Source of the DNA: an uncultured Clostridia bacterium | GTDB taxonomy: Bacteria; Bacillota; Clostridia; Oscillospirales; Acutalibacteraceae | DNA length: 33,091 bases | NCBI GenBank assembly: GCA_945926705.1 | Contig: CAMEMA010000001.1 | Location: 1 to 33,091 of the forward strand | Direction: 5' to 3' | Part shown: positions 8,094 through 16,573 of the stretch, piece after piece | Layout: each line of letters begins with the position of its first letter | How positions within the stretch are numbered: position 1 is the stretch's first letter | The notes under the pieces: model-generated | Told to the model about the DNA's origin: nothing | What the model saw: only the letters and a program-made list of their open reading frames with translations | Database searches by the model: none | Made by a program: the position numbers and the translations under genes

Positions 8094-8190
8094 TTATTAT
8101 TGTAATTACATATATTACGAGGTTATACATCACTGATAAAGTTTTAGATTTGTAAAAATTGATTTATCACAATTAATATATAAAATAAAA

Positions 8191-8219
8191 ACACCTTCAC
8201 CTTGTTACAGTGAGGGTGT
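8191..8219. terminator. Hairpin terminator shared by scfB (+) and the small membrane protein gene (-)
   Basis: acaccttcac-cttgttaca-gtgagggtgt with one mismatch. T-rich runs follow on both strands (TTTTATTTT on the minus strand). Confidence 0.55.
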
Positions 8220-8234
8220 AAAATTTTAAATTTT

Positions 8235-8396
8235 TTAATTTATGCTTGTTTCTAAGTAATCTTCAAGCTCTTTCTCTTCTCTTTTTTTTCTCTTGTCTAT
8301 GATTACAAACATTGCTATTGCCAGAGACATTAGGGTAACCAAAGATGCTATTATTCCCCAAAACATTCCTATTCCGGTTCGATTTCTTTCATTCAT
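8235..8396 (-). CDS. Small single-pass membrane protein (53 aa), unannotated
   Basis: Below the ORF-track cut-off. RBS AGGGAG lies 9 nt before the ATG. Translation: MNERNRTGIGMFWGIIASLVTLMSLAIAMFVIIDKRKKREEKELEDYLETSIN, one TM helix plus a charged tail. It lies 83 bp downstream of the second P-type ATPase on the same strand and is followed by a terminator. Confidence 0.6.
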   Translation of the reverse strand: MNERNRTGIGMFWGIIASLVTLMSLAIAMFVIIDKRKKREEKELEDYLETSIN

Positions 8397-8478
8397 TAAT
8401 TATTTCTCCCTTCAATCTTTTTCGCTTTTAATGATAGACTTTAATCCATATTAAGTCAAGGATGTCAGTGAATTATTA

Positions 8479-10827
8479 TTATTTTTTTATATATTTTTCA
8501 AAATTTATTTTAGATAAGCTGTCATAGATTATTTTAGAAATTAGGGTAATAACTACTAAAATTGATACATTCACAAAATTGAAAGGTTCTAATTTGAGAA
8601 GTAGATTGAAATAAGAAACTCCTATGAAAAGAAGTGCAATTACGCTATAAAATAAAATTTTTCTTAAATTGTTAAACGGAACGGATATATTGTAAATAAG
8701 CATAATTCCTATTATTCCCGTTGAAACTACTGTTAAAGTCGAATATCTTTCCATAGGTATATCAAAAAGCATATATATTCCTACGCACACCATAATACAA
8801 CATATAACAGCAAGGGCTGCAGGTATTGATTTTTTTACGATATTTGTGAACAGGTTGCCTTTTATTTTTTCACGGTTAGGCTCGAGTGCCAGCACGAACG
8901 ACGGTATTCCGATTGTCACCGCACTTATAAGGGTCATTTGGATTGGAATGAACGGGTATGGTGCAGGAATCATAAAGAAAAGTATTGCCAATAAAAAAGA
9001 ATATATTGTCTTAGTTAAAAACAACGAAGCAGAACGCTGAATATTATTGATTGCTTTACGTCCCTCAGCAACGGCTTTAGGCATCGAAGCGAAATCTGAA
9101 TTAAGCAAAACTAAATGAGAGACATTTCTTGCAATATCACTTCCGCCGGCCATTGCAACGCTGCAATCCGCCTCTTTCATTGCGAGAACATCATTAACTC
9201 CGTCGCCGACCATAGCAACGGTATGACCATCTTCTTTTAGAGATTTTATTATAAGTTGCTTTTGATGAGGAGTGACTCTTCCGAAAACAGTATATTTTGT
9301 TGCAGCATTTCTAACATCTTCATCTGTCTCTAAAGTTGTGGCATCTACAAAAGAATGTGCATTTTTTAAATTTACTCTTTCCGCTATTTTCGAAACCGTT
9401 AAAGGATTATCCCCCGAAATTACTTTTATGTCAACACCTTGTTTTTTAAAGAAATTCAAAGTTTTTTCGGCATTAAATCTTATTCTGTCTTTTATGAGAA
9501 TAAGCGCCATTGCTTGAGTTGCCTTCGGTACTTTTGAATTTTCGAAAGAGTATTGTGAATGAGCCAATACCAAAACGCGGAAGTTTTCTGAATAAGTTTT
9601 TATCTGTTCTGAAAATTTTTCTGAGTTGTTCGGAAATATAAATTCAGATGCACCCAATAAAAATGAACCTTCCGTTTCGAACTCTGCTCCCGACCATTTT
9701 CTTTCCGAAGAGAAAGGAATAATTTGTTTATAAGATGTAATGGATTTGTCAGCCGGAAATATTCTTTTTACTGCTTTAAAAGTTTCGTTGTTGTCGTTCA
9801 GAACGCTGGTGAGCATGACTAAAGCTTTTCTTATATCTTTTTCAGAAAATCCGTTTTGTGGTATAACTTTTTCAACATCGAAAGTTCCTTCGGTTATTGT
9901 TCCTGTTTTATCAAGGCACATGGTGTCAACACGTGCAAGGGTTTCTATACAATAAATGTCTTGAACAAGGACTTTATGTTTTGCAAGTTTGAAAACTCCT
10001 ACTGCAAGGACTGAACTTGTGAGCAAAACCAGTCCTTCCGGTATCATTCCGGTCAGTGCGGCGGTAGTGTTAACTATTGCCGACGCAAAATCGTATTTGG
10101 AAGTTGTAAATTGTCTGTAAAATAGGAGTGCCCCTATGGGAATTATCGCAATTGAAATAATTTTTATTATTTTATTAAGAGTTGTCATTATTTCTGACTT
10201 GGTTTTTTTTATATATTTAGAGCCTTTTAATAATTTGGAAGCATAATTATCTTTCCCGACATGTTCAACTTTTGCGGTGCATTTTCCGCTCACAAGATAA
10301 CTGCCCGAAAGCAGCATGTCTCCGGGTTTTTTGAGAATTAAATCAGGTTCGCCTGTAAGCAACGATTCATTAACCTCACAGCTTCCTTCCAATATTATAG
10401 AATCTGCAATTACTTGGTTTCCGCTTTCGAAAAATATGATATCGTCAAGGACTATTTTTTCTACTTTTGTTTTGCCTTTCTTGCCTTCGCGTATGACTTT
10501 CGCACTGTTAGCAGCTATTAAATTGAGCTTGTCCACGGTCCTTTTTGCTCGAATTTCCTGAGCTATTCCTATTATGGAATTGCATATTACAACACCCATA
10601 AACATAAGATTTCGATAAGACCCAACGCACAAAATGGCAATTGCCAAAGCTATATTTATTAAATTGAAAAGAGTTAAAAGATTATCTTTTATTATATCTA
10701 AATTAGACTTGGTCGAAACCGATTTATCAATGTTAGAAAGATCATCTTTTATTCTTTCTTTGACTTCCTGTTTTGTAAGTCCGAAATTACATTTTGGGTT
10801 GTATCTTTTAATTTCAGAAGACTCCAT
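8479..10827 (-). CDS. Cation-translocating P-type ATPase (E1-E2, HAD-IC type), ion specificity not assignable
   Basis: 782 aa. Motifs CLDKTGTITEG, TGEPD, MIPEGLVLLTSSVLAVG and VGDGVNDVLAMKEADCSVAM. The M4 motif differs from the Ca-pump signature of the first ATPase. Confidence 0.8.
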   Translation of the reverse strand: MESSEIKRYNPKCNFGLTKQEVKERIKDDLSNIDKSVSTKSNLDIIKDNLLTLFNLINIALAIAILCVGSYRNLMFMGVVICNSIIGIAQEIRAKRTVDKLNLIAANSAKVIREGKKGKTKVEKIVLDDIIFFESGNQVIADSIILEGSCEVNESLLTGEPDLILKKPGDMLLSGSYLVSGKCTAKVEHVGKDNYASKLLKGSKYIKKTKSEIMTTLNKIIKIISIAIIPIGALLFYRQFTTSKYDFASAIVNTTAALTGMIPEGLVLLTSSVLAVGVFKLAKHKVLVQDIYCIETLARVDTMCLDKTGTITEGTFDVEKVIPQNGFSEKDIRKALVMLTSVLNDNNETFKAVKRIFPADKSITSYKQIIPFSSERKWSGAEFETEGSFLLGASEFIFPNNSEKFSEQIKTYSENFRVLVLAHSQYSFENSKVPKATQAMALILIKDRIRFNAEKTLNFFKKQGVDIKVISGDNPLTVSKIAERVNLKNAHSFVDATTLETDEDVRNAATKYTVFGRVTPHQKQLIIKSLKEDGHTVAMVGDGVNDVLAMKEADCSVAMAGGSDIARNVSHLVLLNSDFASMPKAVAEGRKAINNIQRSASLFLTKTIYSFLLAILFFMIPAPYPFIPIQMTLISAVTIGIPSFVLALEPNREKIKGNLFTNIVKKSIPAALAVICCIMVCVGIYMLFDIPMERYSTLTVVSTGIIGIMLIYNISVPFNNLRKILFYSVIALLFIGVSYFNLLLKLEPFNFVNVSILVVITLISKIIYDSLSKINFEKYIKK

Positions 10828-10913
10828 TCTTGTTTATACCCTCCGTACAATTACTACCATTATTATAAATAAATATTATTTTAAGTCAAATATGAAAAGA
10901 GGAGAGAATAATT

Positions 10914-11210
10914 ATGGTTTGTAGGATAGTAGATATGAAAAACAAAGAGGTTATAAATGTGAAAGACGGATGTAGAATAGGCTGTGTGAACGATGTGGAG
11001 GTTGATATGAATTGTGCCAAGCTTGTATCGATAGTAGTTTATGGCCGTTTAAAGTGTTTCGGTATTTTCGGAAGGGAAGATGATATTGTGATAAAATGGG
11101 AAAATATAGAAGTAGTCGGAGAAGACACAGTTTTAGTAAAATACCACCCTCAATCCAGACGAAGAAAAAAAATTGGGTTGTTTCCTTCAATTTTTAAAGG
11201 GTGGAAATAA
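10914..11210 (+). CDS. YlmC/YmxH-family sporulation protein (PRC-barrel)
   Basis: 98 aa. The blocks VINVKDGCRIGCVNDVEVDMNCAKLVSIVVYGR and DDIVIKWENIEVVGEDTVLV match the YlmC/YmxH pattern. RBS GGAGAG. Confidence 0.7.
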   Translation: MVCRIVDMKNKEVINVKDGCRIGCVNDVEVDMNCAKLVSIVVYGRLKCFGIFGREDDIVIKWENIEVVGEDTVLVKYHPQSRRRKKIGLFPSIFKGWK

Positions 11211-11246
11211 ATTTTAATATTTTATTTTAAAAATATAAACGTGTGT

Positions 11247-11906
11247 TTACCACATCATCATAAAATGAAAAATACTTCCGGCAAGCACAAAAACATGCCA
11301 TACAGAATGCACATAACGCATTTTTTTGCCCATTACGTACAGTATTGCTCCTAATGTATAAAAGATACCACCGATTATCAAATACAAGGCTTGTAATGAA
11401 TCTAAGCTTTCAAAGGCTGGTTTTGCAATAAATAGTACGCTCCATCCCATAATAATGTAGCAGGCTAGTGATATTTTTGAAAATTTATTTACGTCTATGG
11501 CGTTTATTATTATTCCGGCCAGAGCGGTTATCCATATTCCGATAAGTATGTTTATTGCGACAGGTTTACGGATATATATAGTACACAGCGGAGTATATGT
11601 ACCGGCAATTAAGAGAAAAATGGAGCAGTGGTCTAATTTTCTAAAAATCCCCTTTAACTTTCCGGGTTTTAAAGCATGATAAATTGTTGAAACAGAATAT
11701 AAAATAAATAATGTTGCACAATACACAGCAATATAGAATAAACAATTTCCGGAATATTTTTTTGAAAGAGACGGATAAGTAAGTAAGGAAAAAATAATTC
11801 CTATACCATGAGTTACCGAATTCATTATTTCCTCTGATATGGTGTAATCGGGAAGATTTAATTTGTTGTGAGACTGCAGTTTGGTTGTTTCTTTTTTTTC
11901 ATTCAT
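11247..11906 (-). CDS. Hemolysin III / PAQR-family membrane protein
   Basis: 219 aa, 7 TM segments. Motifs EEIMNSVTHGIG, KLDHCSIFLLIAGTYTP and HVFVLAGSIFHF. RBS GGAGG. Confidence 0.8.
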   Translation of the reverse strand: MNEKKETTKLQSHNKLNLPDYTISEEIMNSVTHGIGIIFSLLTYPSLSKKYSGNCLFYIAVYCATLFILYSVSTIYHALKPGKLKGIFRKLDHCSIFLLIAGTYTPLCTIYIRKPVAINILIGIWITALAGIIINAIDVNKFSKISLACYIIMGWSVLFIAKPAFESLDSLQALYLIIGGIFYTLGAILYVMGKKMRYVHSVWHVFVLAGSIFHFMMMW

Positions 11907-11984
11907 GTTAATTTAGCCTCCGAAATTTTTTGGAGATTATTATATCATATTTTTGGTAATTGTAAAATCTAAATTGTTTGTGTA

Positions 11985-12013
11985 TTGACACTTTAAAAAA
12001 ATTAAAATACAAT
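11985..12013 (+). promoter_or_regulatory. Sigma-A promoter of the 500-aa gene
   Basis: TTGACA-17 nt-TACAAT, about 40 nt upstream of the ATG at 12053. Confidence 0.55.
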
Positions 12014-12052
12014 AAACGTTAGTTTAAAGTGTAAAGAAGGAAGTATAAAGTA

Positions 12053-13555
12053 ATGAAATTGTCAAGTAAAAGCTTTTTTATTAAATCTGTATCTACAGCT
12101 TTGTCCGCATTTACTATATTTTCTGTTCCATCGGTTGCTGAGTGTTCTAAAGGCAATAATTCAAATAAAGAAACAAATACCGAATCAAATACGAATATTC
12201 AATTGCCCGGTTTTGAATCCTTAATTAAAAGCAGAAACGCAAATGCACATAATACATCGGATAGTTTGCCGGAAGTAAAAAAAGAATCTTCCAATAATTC
12301 TTCAGAGAGCAAAAGTGTTAAAAAAGGTTCTTCAGAAGTGTCCGGTGATTCTTCATCGTCGAAAAGTTCTGGTATGAGTCTCCCTAGTATATTTGAAATT
12401 TCTAAAAAATCAACAAGTAGTAAAACTACTGCGTCGGCACATCAAAGTGATAAGCCTAAGTCCGGTTCTTCGGTTAGTTTATTTATACCCAGGCATCCTG
12501 AGTATGCTGATTGGCAGAAATTGGCACGTGCAAAAAAATTGTACGAAAAAGCTCAGAGCGAAGCTAAAAGAGCACAGGAGCATTTGAGTAAAACAGAAAA
12601 AGATTTTGAAATGATGGAAGCTTCAGTAAGGTTAGCCAGAGAAAATAGAAATAAAGCGGAAGATGAGCAAGTAAATGCAGAAAAGAAAGCTATGGTTGCC
12701 GCTATGACAGAGCAAGAGACATTAATTAGAAAAGAAAGCGCAAAAAGTCAAGTGGAGAAAGCCAAACGCAATTTGGAAGAAATGAAGAAAACTGTTAAAG
12801 AACAGGAACTTAAGTTAAAAGAAATAGAGAAATCCCTGGAACCTAAGACTTCAATTTTAACGTATTCTCAAAGAAAGCTGGAACAGGATAGAAAAGCTTT
12901 AATATCGGATAGTGAAAAAGAGCTTGATGAGGTTAGAGAAATATCCGAAAAATTGCGTCAGTCTGAAATTAATAAATGTAAAGCCAATAATATGGCTAGA
13001 CATATGGTTATGTTACAGGGAAACAATATGATTGCTTCTCTAGATAGTAGCCACTCAGAACAATGTGTACCGAATTTAATTTTAGGATTATGGGATCACA
13101 AAAAAATATTCAAAAGTGCAGATGTTGAAATAATGATGGCTAATCGCTTTTTTGAACCTTACTTTATTATGAAAAAGTTTATTTCTCCGTTTAATGTTTT
13201 CAGAATAAGCTTTGACGAAAGACGTTCTGTTTGTACTTTCGTCGATGGTGCAACCCATATTGTAAAAAAGAAAGATATTTCTATTCCGATTGAAAGAATG
13301 ATTGAAAGGCTTTTCATAAGCGGTCATATATCTTGTATAAATTGCAGTGAAGATATAGGAACAACAAACGGTAAAGTAGTATTCGTGAATTTTTCTTCTA
13401 AAGACCCGGATAGCAAGAACATTTTATTGAATAATGGAAGTTTTGTTTCGCTAAGTTCTATAATAAAAAATATTAGAAGCATTGAAATTTTAGTATCTGG
13501 AAGCGATTTAAGAATAAAGTCTATCGAAGACCTAGAAGCATTTTTTATGAAATAA
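12053..13555 (+). CDS. Hypothetical secreted protein: signal peptide, Ser/Asn-rich linker, ~170-aa coiled coil, unrecognised ~180-aa C-terminal domain
   Basis: 500 aa. The N-terminal hydrophobic h-region is ALSAFTIFSVPSVA. Low-complexity SSESKS/SSSSKSS stretches follow. A heptad-rich, K/E-rich middle runs from AKKLYEKAQSEAKRAQEHL to SEKLRQSEINK. RBS AAGGAAG. Confidence 0.6.
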   Translation: MKLSSKSFFIKSVSTALSAFTIFSVPSVAECSKGNNSNKETNTESNTNIQLPGFESLIKSRNANAHNTSDSLPEVKKESSNNSSESKSVKKGSSEVSGDSSSSKSSGMSLPSIFEISKKSTSSKTTASAHQSDKPKSGSSVSLFIPRHPEYADWQKLARAKKLYEKAQSEAKRAQEHLSKTEKDFEMMEASVRLARENRNKAEDEQVNAEKKAMVAAMTEQETLIRKESAKSQVEKAKRNLEEMKKTVKEQELKLKEIEKSLEPKTSILTYSQRKLEQDRKALISDSEKELDEVREISEKLRQSEINKCKANNMARHMVMLQGNNMIASLDSSHSEQCVPNLILGLWDHKKIFKSADVEIMMANRFFEPYFIMKKFISPFNVFRISFDERRSVCTFVDGATHIVKKKDISIPIERMIERLFISGHISCINCSEDIGTTNGKVVFVNFSSKDPDSKNILLNNGSFVSLSSIIKNIRSIEILVSGSDLRIKSIEDLEAFFMK

Positions 13556-13600
13556 TACTTTTTAACTTAATTGTTTTATAAAATTGATATTTATTATTAT

Positions 13601-13636
13601 AAAAACCCCCGGTATTTCCGGGGGTAAAGTTTTTTG
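13601..13636. terminator. Bidirectional intrinsic terminator
   Basis: Stem cccccgg-tattt-ccggggg flanked by an A-run upstream and a T-run downstream. On the minus strand the hairpin is followed directly by TTTTTAT. Confidence 0.7.
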
Positions 13637-13954
13637 CTACAATTCAAGAATACAATAATAATGATTTTATGATAACAATTTTTCCAACCTTCTGTGTTTA
13701 TTAGGATAAAATCACTTTCCTCTTTACTGGTATCAATAACTTTACAATAGTATTCTGCAAATAAATTGTATTGTTTCAATTTGAAGTCATTCGTGCTGGT
13801 TTTTTCAAGTTTAATTTTAGATGAAGGAGATGAAAGATTGTTAAGAAGCTGTTGTGTGCTTTTAAAAATCGTTGTGATAGATTAATTTTTTTTAAATGTT
13901 ATTTAGTAAATAAAATTGGTTGTTAAATTTAGTCTTAAAACAAGCTTTTACAAT

Positions 13955-13962
13955 CATACAAT
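13955..13962 (+). promoter_or_regulatory. Sigma-E-like -10 element upstream of cwlD
   Basis: CATACAAT lies about 20 nt upstream of the start codon and just upstream of the RBS GGGAGG. The -35 region matches poorly. Confidence 0.3.
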
Positions 13963-13983
13963 TGAGTGTAGGGAGGAATTATA

Positions 13984-14720
13984 TTGCGTAAAATTAAATT
14001 TTTCAATTATATTAAAAATAATATTTTAAGTACTGTTACTTTTTCGATGGGTATAGCTGTTGTTTTATCACTTTTATTTGTCTCTTATGTAAAGATAAGT
14101 GCTCATATAGCGTCCCAGAAAGAAGCCGGAAACAATTCATCTAAAGTTGTTATACTAGACGCCGGGCACGGAGGAGAAGATGGTGGAGCAGTAGGAGTTG
14201 ATGGAATCGTTGAAAAAGATATAAATCTCGCAATTACATTGAGGCATCCGGTTATAAAGTCATAATGACAAGAGATAAAGATATTGCAATTTATGATGAT
14301 AGTGCTGAAAGTTTAAGAAGCAAGAAGCGCTCCGACTTGCATAACAGAGCAAAGATAATAAGCGAAAATGAAAATGAAAATAATATATTTGTTAGCATAC
14401 ACCAGAACAAATTTCCGGATTCTAAGTATTCCGGTACCCAAATATTCTATTCTAAAAATGATGCTAGGAGTCAAACGTTAGCTTGTGGGATAAAGGATTC
14501 CGTTGTGGGACTTATTCAACCCGACAATACCCGAGAAATTAAACCGGCTGATAAGAGAATTTTTTTACTTGATAAATCGAGAATACCGGCTGTAGTTGTT
14601 GAGTGCGGTTTTTTATCTAATGAAGAGGAAGCTTCTAAATTGATAAAAAATGAATATCAGAGTCAAATGGCTTTTTGTATATACTGCGGAATTATTAATT
14701 ATTACTTAAACAATACTTGA
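13984..14720 (+). pseudogene. cwlD: Germination-specific N-acetylmuramoyl-L-alanine amidase CwlD, interrupted by a frameshift
   Basis: Two ORFs, 13984..14265 (frame 1) and 14265..14720 (frame 3), together make one Amidase_3/CwlD protein. The first carries the TM anchor, ILDAGHGGEDGGAVG and EKDINLAITL. The second carries (EASGYKV)IMTRDKD, VSIHQN and VVECGFLSNEEE. The frames overlap only in 14214..14262. Confidence 0.8.
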
Positions 14721-14774
14721 TGATAAATGAATATTAGGTTATAATTTAATTGAGTTTTTTAAGGGATGTAATTT

Positions 14775-15167
14775 ATGAAAAAGTTTAAGAATATACTAAT
14801 ATCAATTTTGTTTATATTTTTTGCAGCGCTTTTTTCAGTAAATGCTCAAGAATTTAAGGAATTTGAAATGAATTCTGAAATATGTGCTTCTATTCCGCAT
14901 GAAGTCGATTTACACAATTTTTGTTTTAAGAGAGTTTCAATTATTGCGAAGTATGTTAGAATAGTATACAACCAAAAAGTTATTTTTCAAGATATTAAAA
15001 GTAATTTAACAGAAAAAATGAACGATGAATTTGAAGGCGGAATTTTATCTACTGAACAGTATTATCTTAGCAGTTTTTCCGGTTGGAAAGAATATATAAA
15101 CACCTCGAAATCCCTAATGAATATTTACAAAACAGTAATGAAATTTAAAGCGAGAAGAAAAATATGA
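14775..15167 (+). CDS. Hypothetical exported protein (signal peptide), translationally coupled to radA
   Basis: 130 aa. N-terminal signal MKKFKNILISILFIFFAALFSVNAQE. RBS AAGGGA. Its stop overlaps the radA start (ATGA). Confidence 0.55.
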   Translation: MKKFKNILISILFIFFAALFSVNAQEFKEFEMNSEICASIPHEVDLHNFCFKRVSIIAKYVRIVYNQKVIFQDIKSNLTEKMNDEFEGGILSTEQYYLSSFSGWKEYINTSKSLMNIYKTVMKFKARRKI

Positions 15168-16537
15168 GTAAAGTAAAAAGTGTATATGTTTGCTCCGAAT
15201 GTGGATATGAATCTGCAAAATGGAATGGGATATGTCCGTCGTGTGGTCAAGGAAATACTATGGATGAAGAAATTCGCGAGACAAATTTAAAAAATAAAAA
15301 TTCAGCTGTAAAATTTAATAGTTCTCATATAAGCGAAGTATCAATGAGTAGTATAGACATAAATGAGGAAACGAGATATCATACAGGTTTTAATGAACTG
15401 GACAGAGTTTTTGGAGGAGGTATTGTCAAGGGTTCTTTATCTCTTCTTGGGGGTACGCCGGGTATAGGAAAGTCTACACTTTTGCTTCAAATATGTAATT
15501 ACTTGGATAAAAATCTTAAAATTTTGTACGTATCGGGCGAAGAGTCTAAACGTCAGATAAAAATGCGTGCTTCTAGGTTAGGAGTTCATAACGATAATCT
15601 TTTTATAATGACCGAAACAGATATAAATTTGATTTCCGCAGAGATAGAATACACTCATCCCGATATAGTTATAATAGATTCAATTCAAACCATGACTAAT
15701 CAGAATTCTACTTCTTTCCCCGGTAGTATTTCCCAAGTTAAAGAGTGTGCAAATACGTTTTTAAAGCTTTCAAAAACTTTAGATATTACTGTAATGGTGA
15801 TAGGTCACGTAAATAAAGACGGAGCGATTGCAGGGCCGAAGGTTTTAGAACACATGGTCGATGCGGTATTTTATTTTGAAGGAGATAATCAAACATCTTA
15901 TCGCATCTTACGTGCCGTTAAAAATAGGCATGGCTCAACAAATGAAATAGGTGTTTTTCGAATGGAGAATGAAGGGCTTAGCGAAGTGGAAAACCCTTCG
16001 GAAATGATGCTTGCGGGTAAACCTGAAGGTGTATCGGGAATATGTGTCGCATGTGTTATGGAAGGTTCTCGGCCTATTTTAACTGAAGTTCAAGGGCTCG
16101 TAACATCAACAAGTTTTGGAAATCCTCGTAGGATGTCCACTGGTTTTGATTACAATCGAATGTCGCTTATTTTAGCTGTTTTGGAAAAACGTGCAGGATA
16201 CTTTTTTTCTTCTATGGATGCATATATTAATGTTGTTGGCGGTCTTAAGCTTGATGAACCCGCTGCGGATCTTTCGGTAGCATTAGCTTTGGTTTCGAGT
16301 CTTAAAGATAAAGCTGTTGCCGATGATGTTGTTGCATTTGGAGAAATAGGTCTAGCAGGAGAAATTAGAGCTGTTCCGAATTGCGAAATGAGAATAAGAG
16401 AAGCTCAAAGGCTTGGATTTAAAAAGTGTGTTATTCCTTACTATAATTTTAAGTCAATAAAAAGTATAAGTAACTACGAGATAGAAATTATTGGTGCAAA
16501 AAATATAAGAACTGCTGTTTTAGAAGCAATAAATTGA
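15164..16537 (+). CDS. radA: DNA repair protein RadA/Sms
   Basis: 457 aa. Zinc finger CSECGYESAKWNGICPSCG, Walker A GGTPGIGKST, KNR(H)GSTNE motif, and a C-terminal Lon-like domain. Confidence 0.9.
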   Translation: MSKVKSVYVCSECGYESAKWNGICPSCGQGNTMDEEIRETNLKNKNSAVKFNSSHISEVSMSSIDINEETRYHTGFNELDRVFGGGIVKGSLSLLGGTPGIGKSTLLLQICNYLDKNLKILYVSGEESKRQIKMRASRLGVHNDNLFIMTETDINLISAEIEYTHPDIVIIDSIQTMTNQNSTSFPGSISQVKECANTFLKLSKTLDITVMVIGHVNKDGAIAGPKVLEHMVDAVFYFEGDNQTSYRILRAVKNRHGSTNEIGVFRMENEGLSEVENPSEMMLAGKPEGVSGICVACVMEGSRPILTEVQGLVTSTSFGNPRRMSTGFDYNRMSLILAVLEKRAGYFFSSMDAYINVVGGLKLDEPAADLSVALALVSSLKDKAVADDVVAFGEIGLAGEIRAVPNCEMRIREAQRLGFKKCVIPYYNFKSIKSISNYEIEIIGAKNIRTAVLEAIN

Positions 16538-16573
16538 AAAATTAGAAAAAGAAAAAGAAGATGATGATTAATA

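Noticed and set aside
13597-13863. Minus-strand open frame of about 90 codons (the track lists 13597..13779)
   Set aside because: It has no ATG and only a TTG start with no RBS. Its 3' end is the translation of the terminator hairpin. It could be the remnant of a degraded gene, but I cannot support a call.
16538-16573. Only 36 bp and no hairpin between the convergent radA and addA
   Set aside because: Noted as slightly unusual, but short convergent gaps without obvious terminators are common. Nothing further can be inferred from the sequence.
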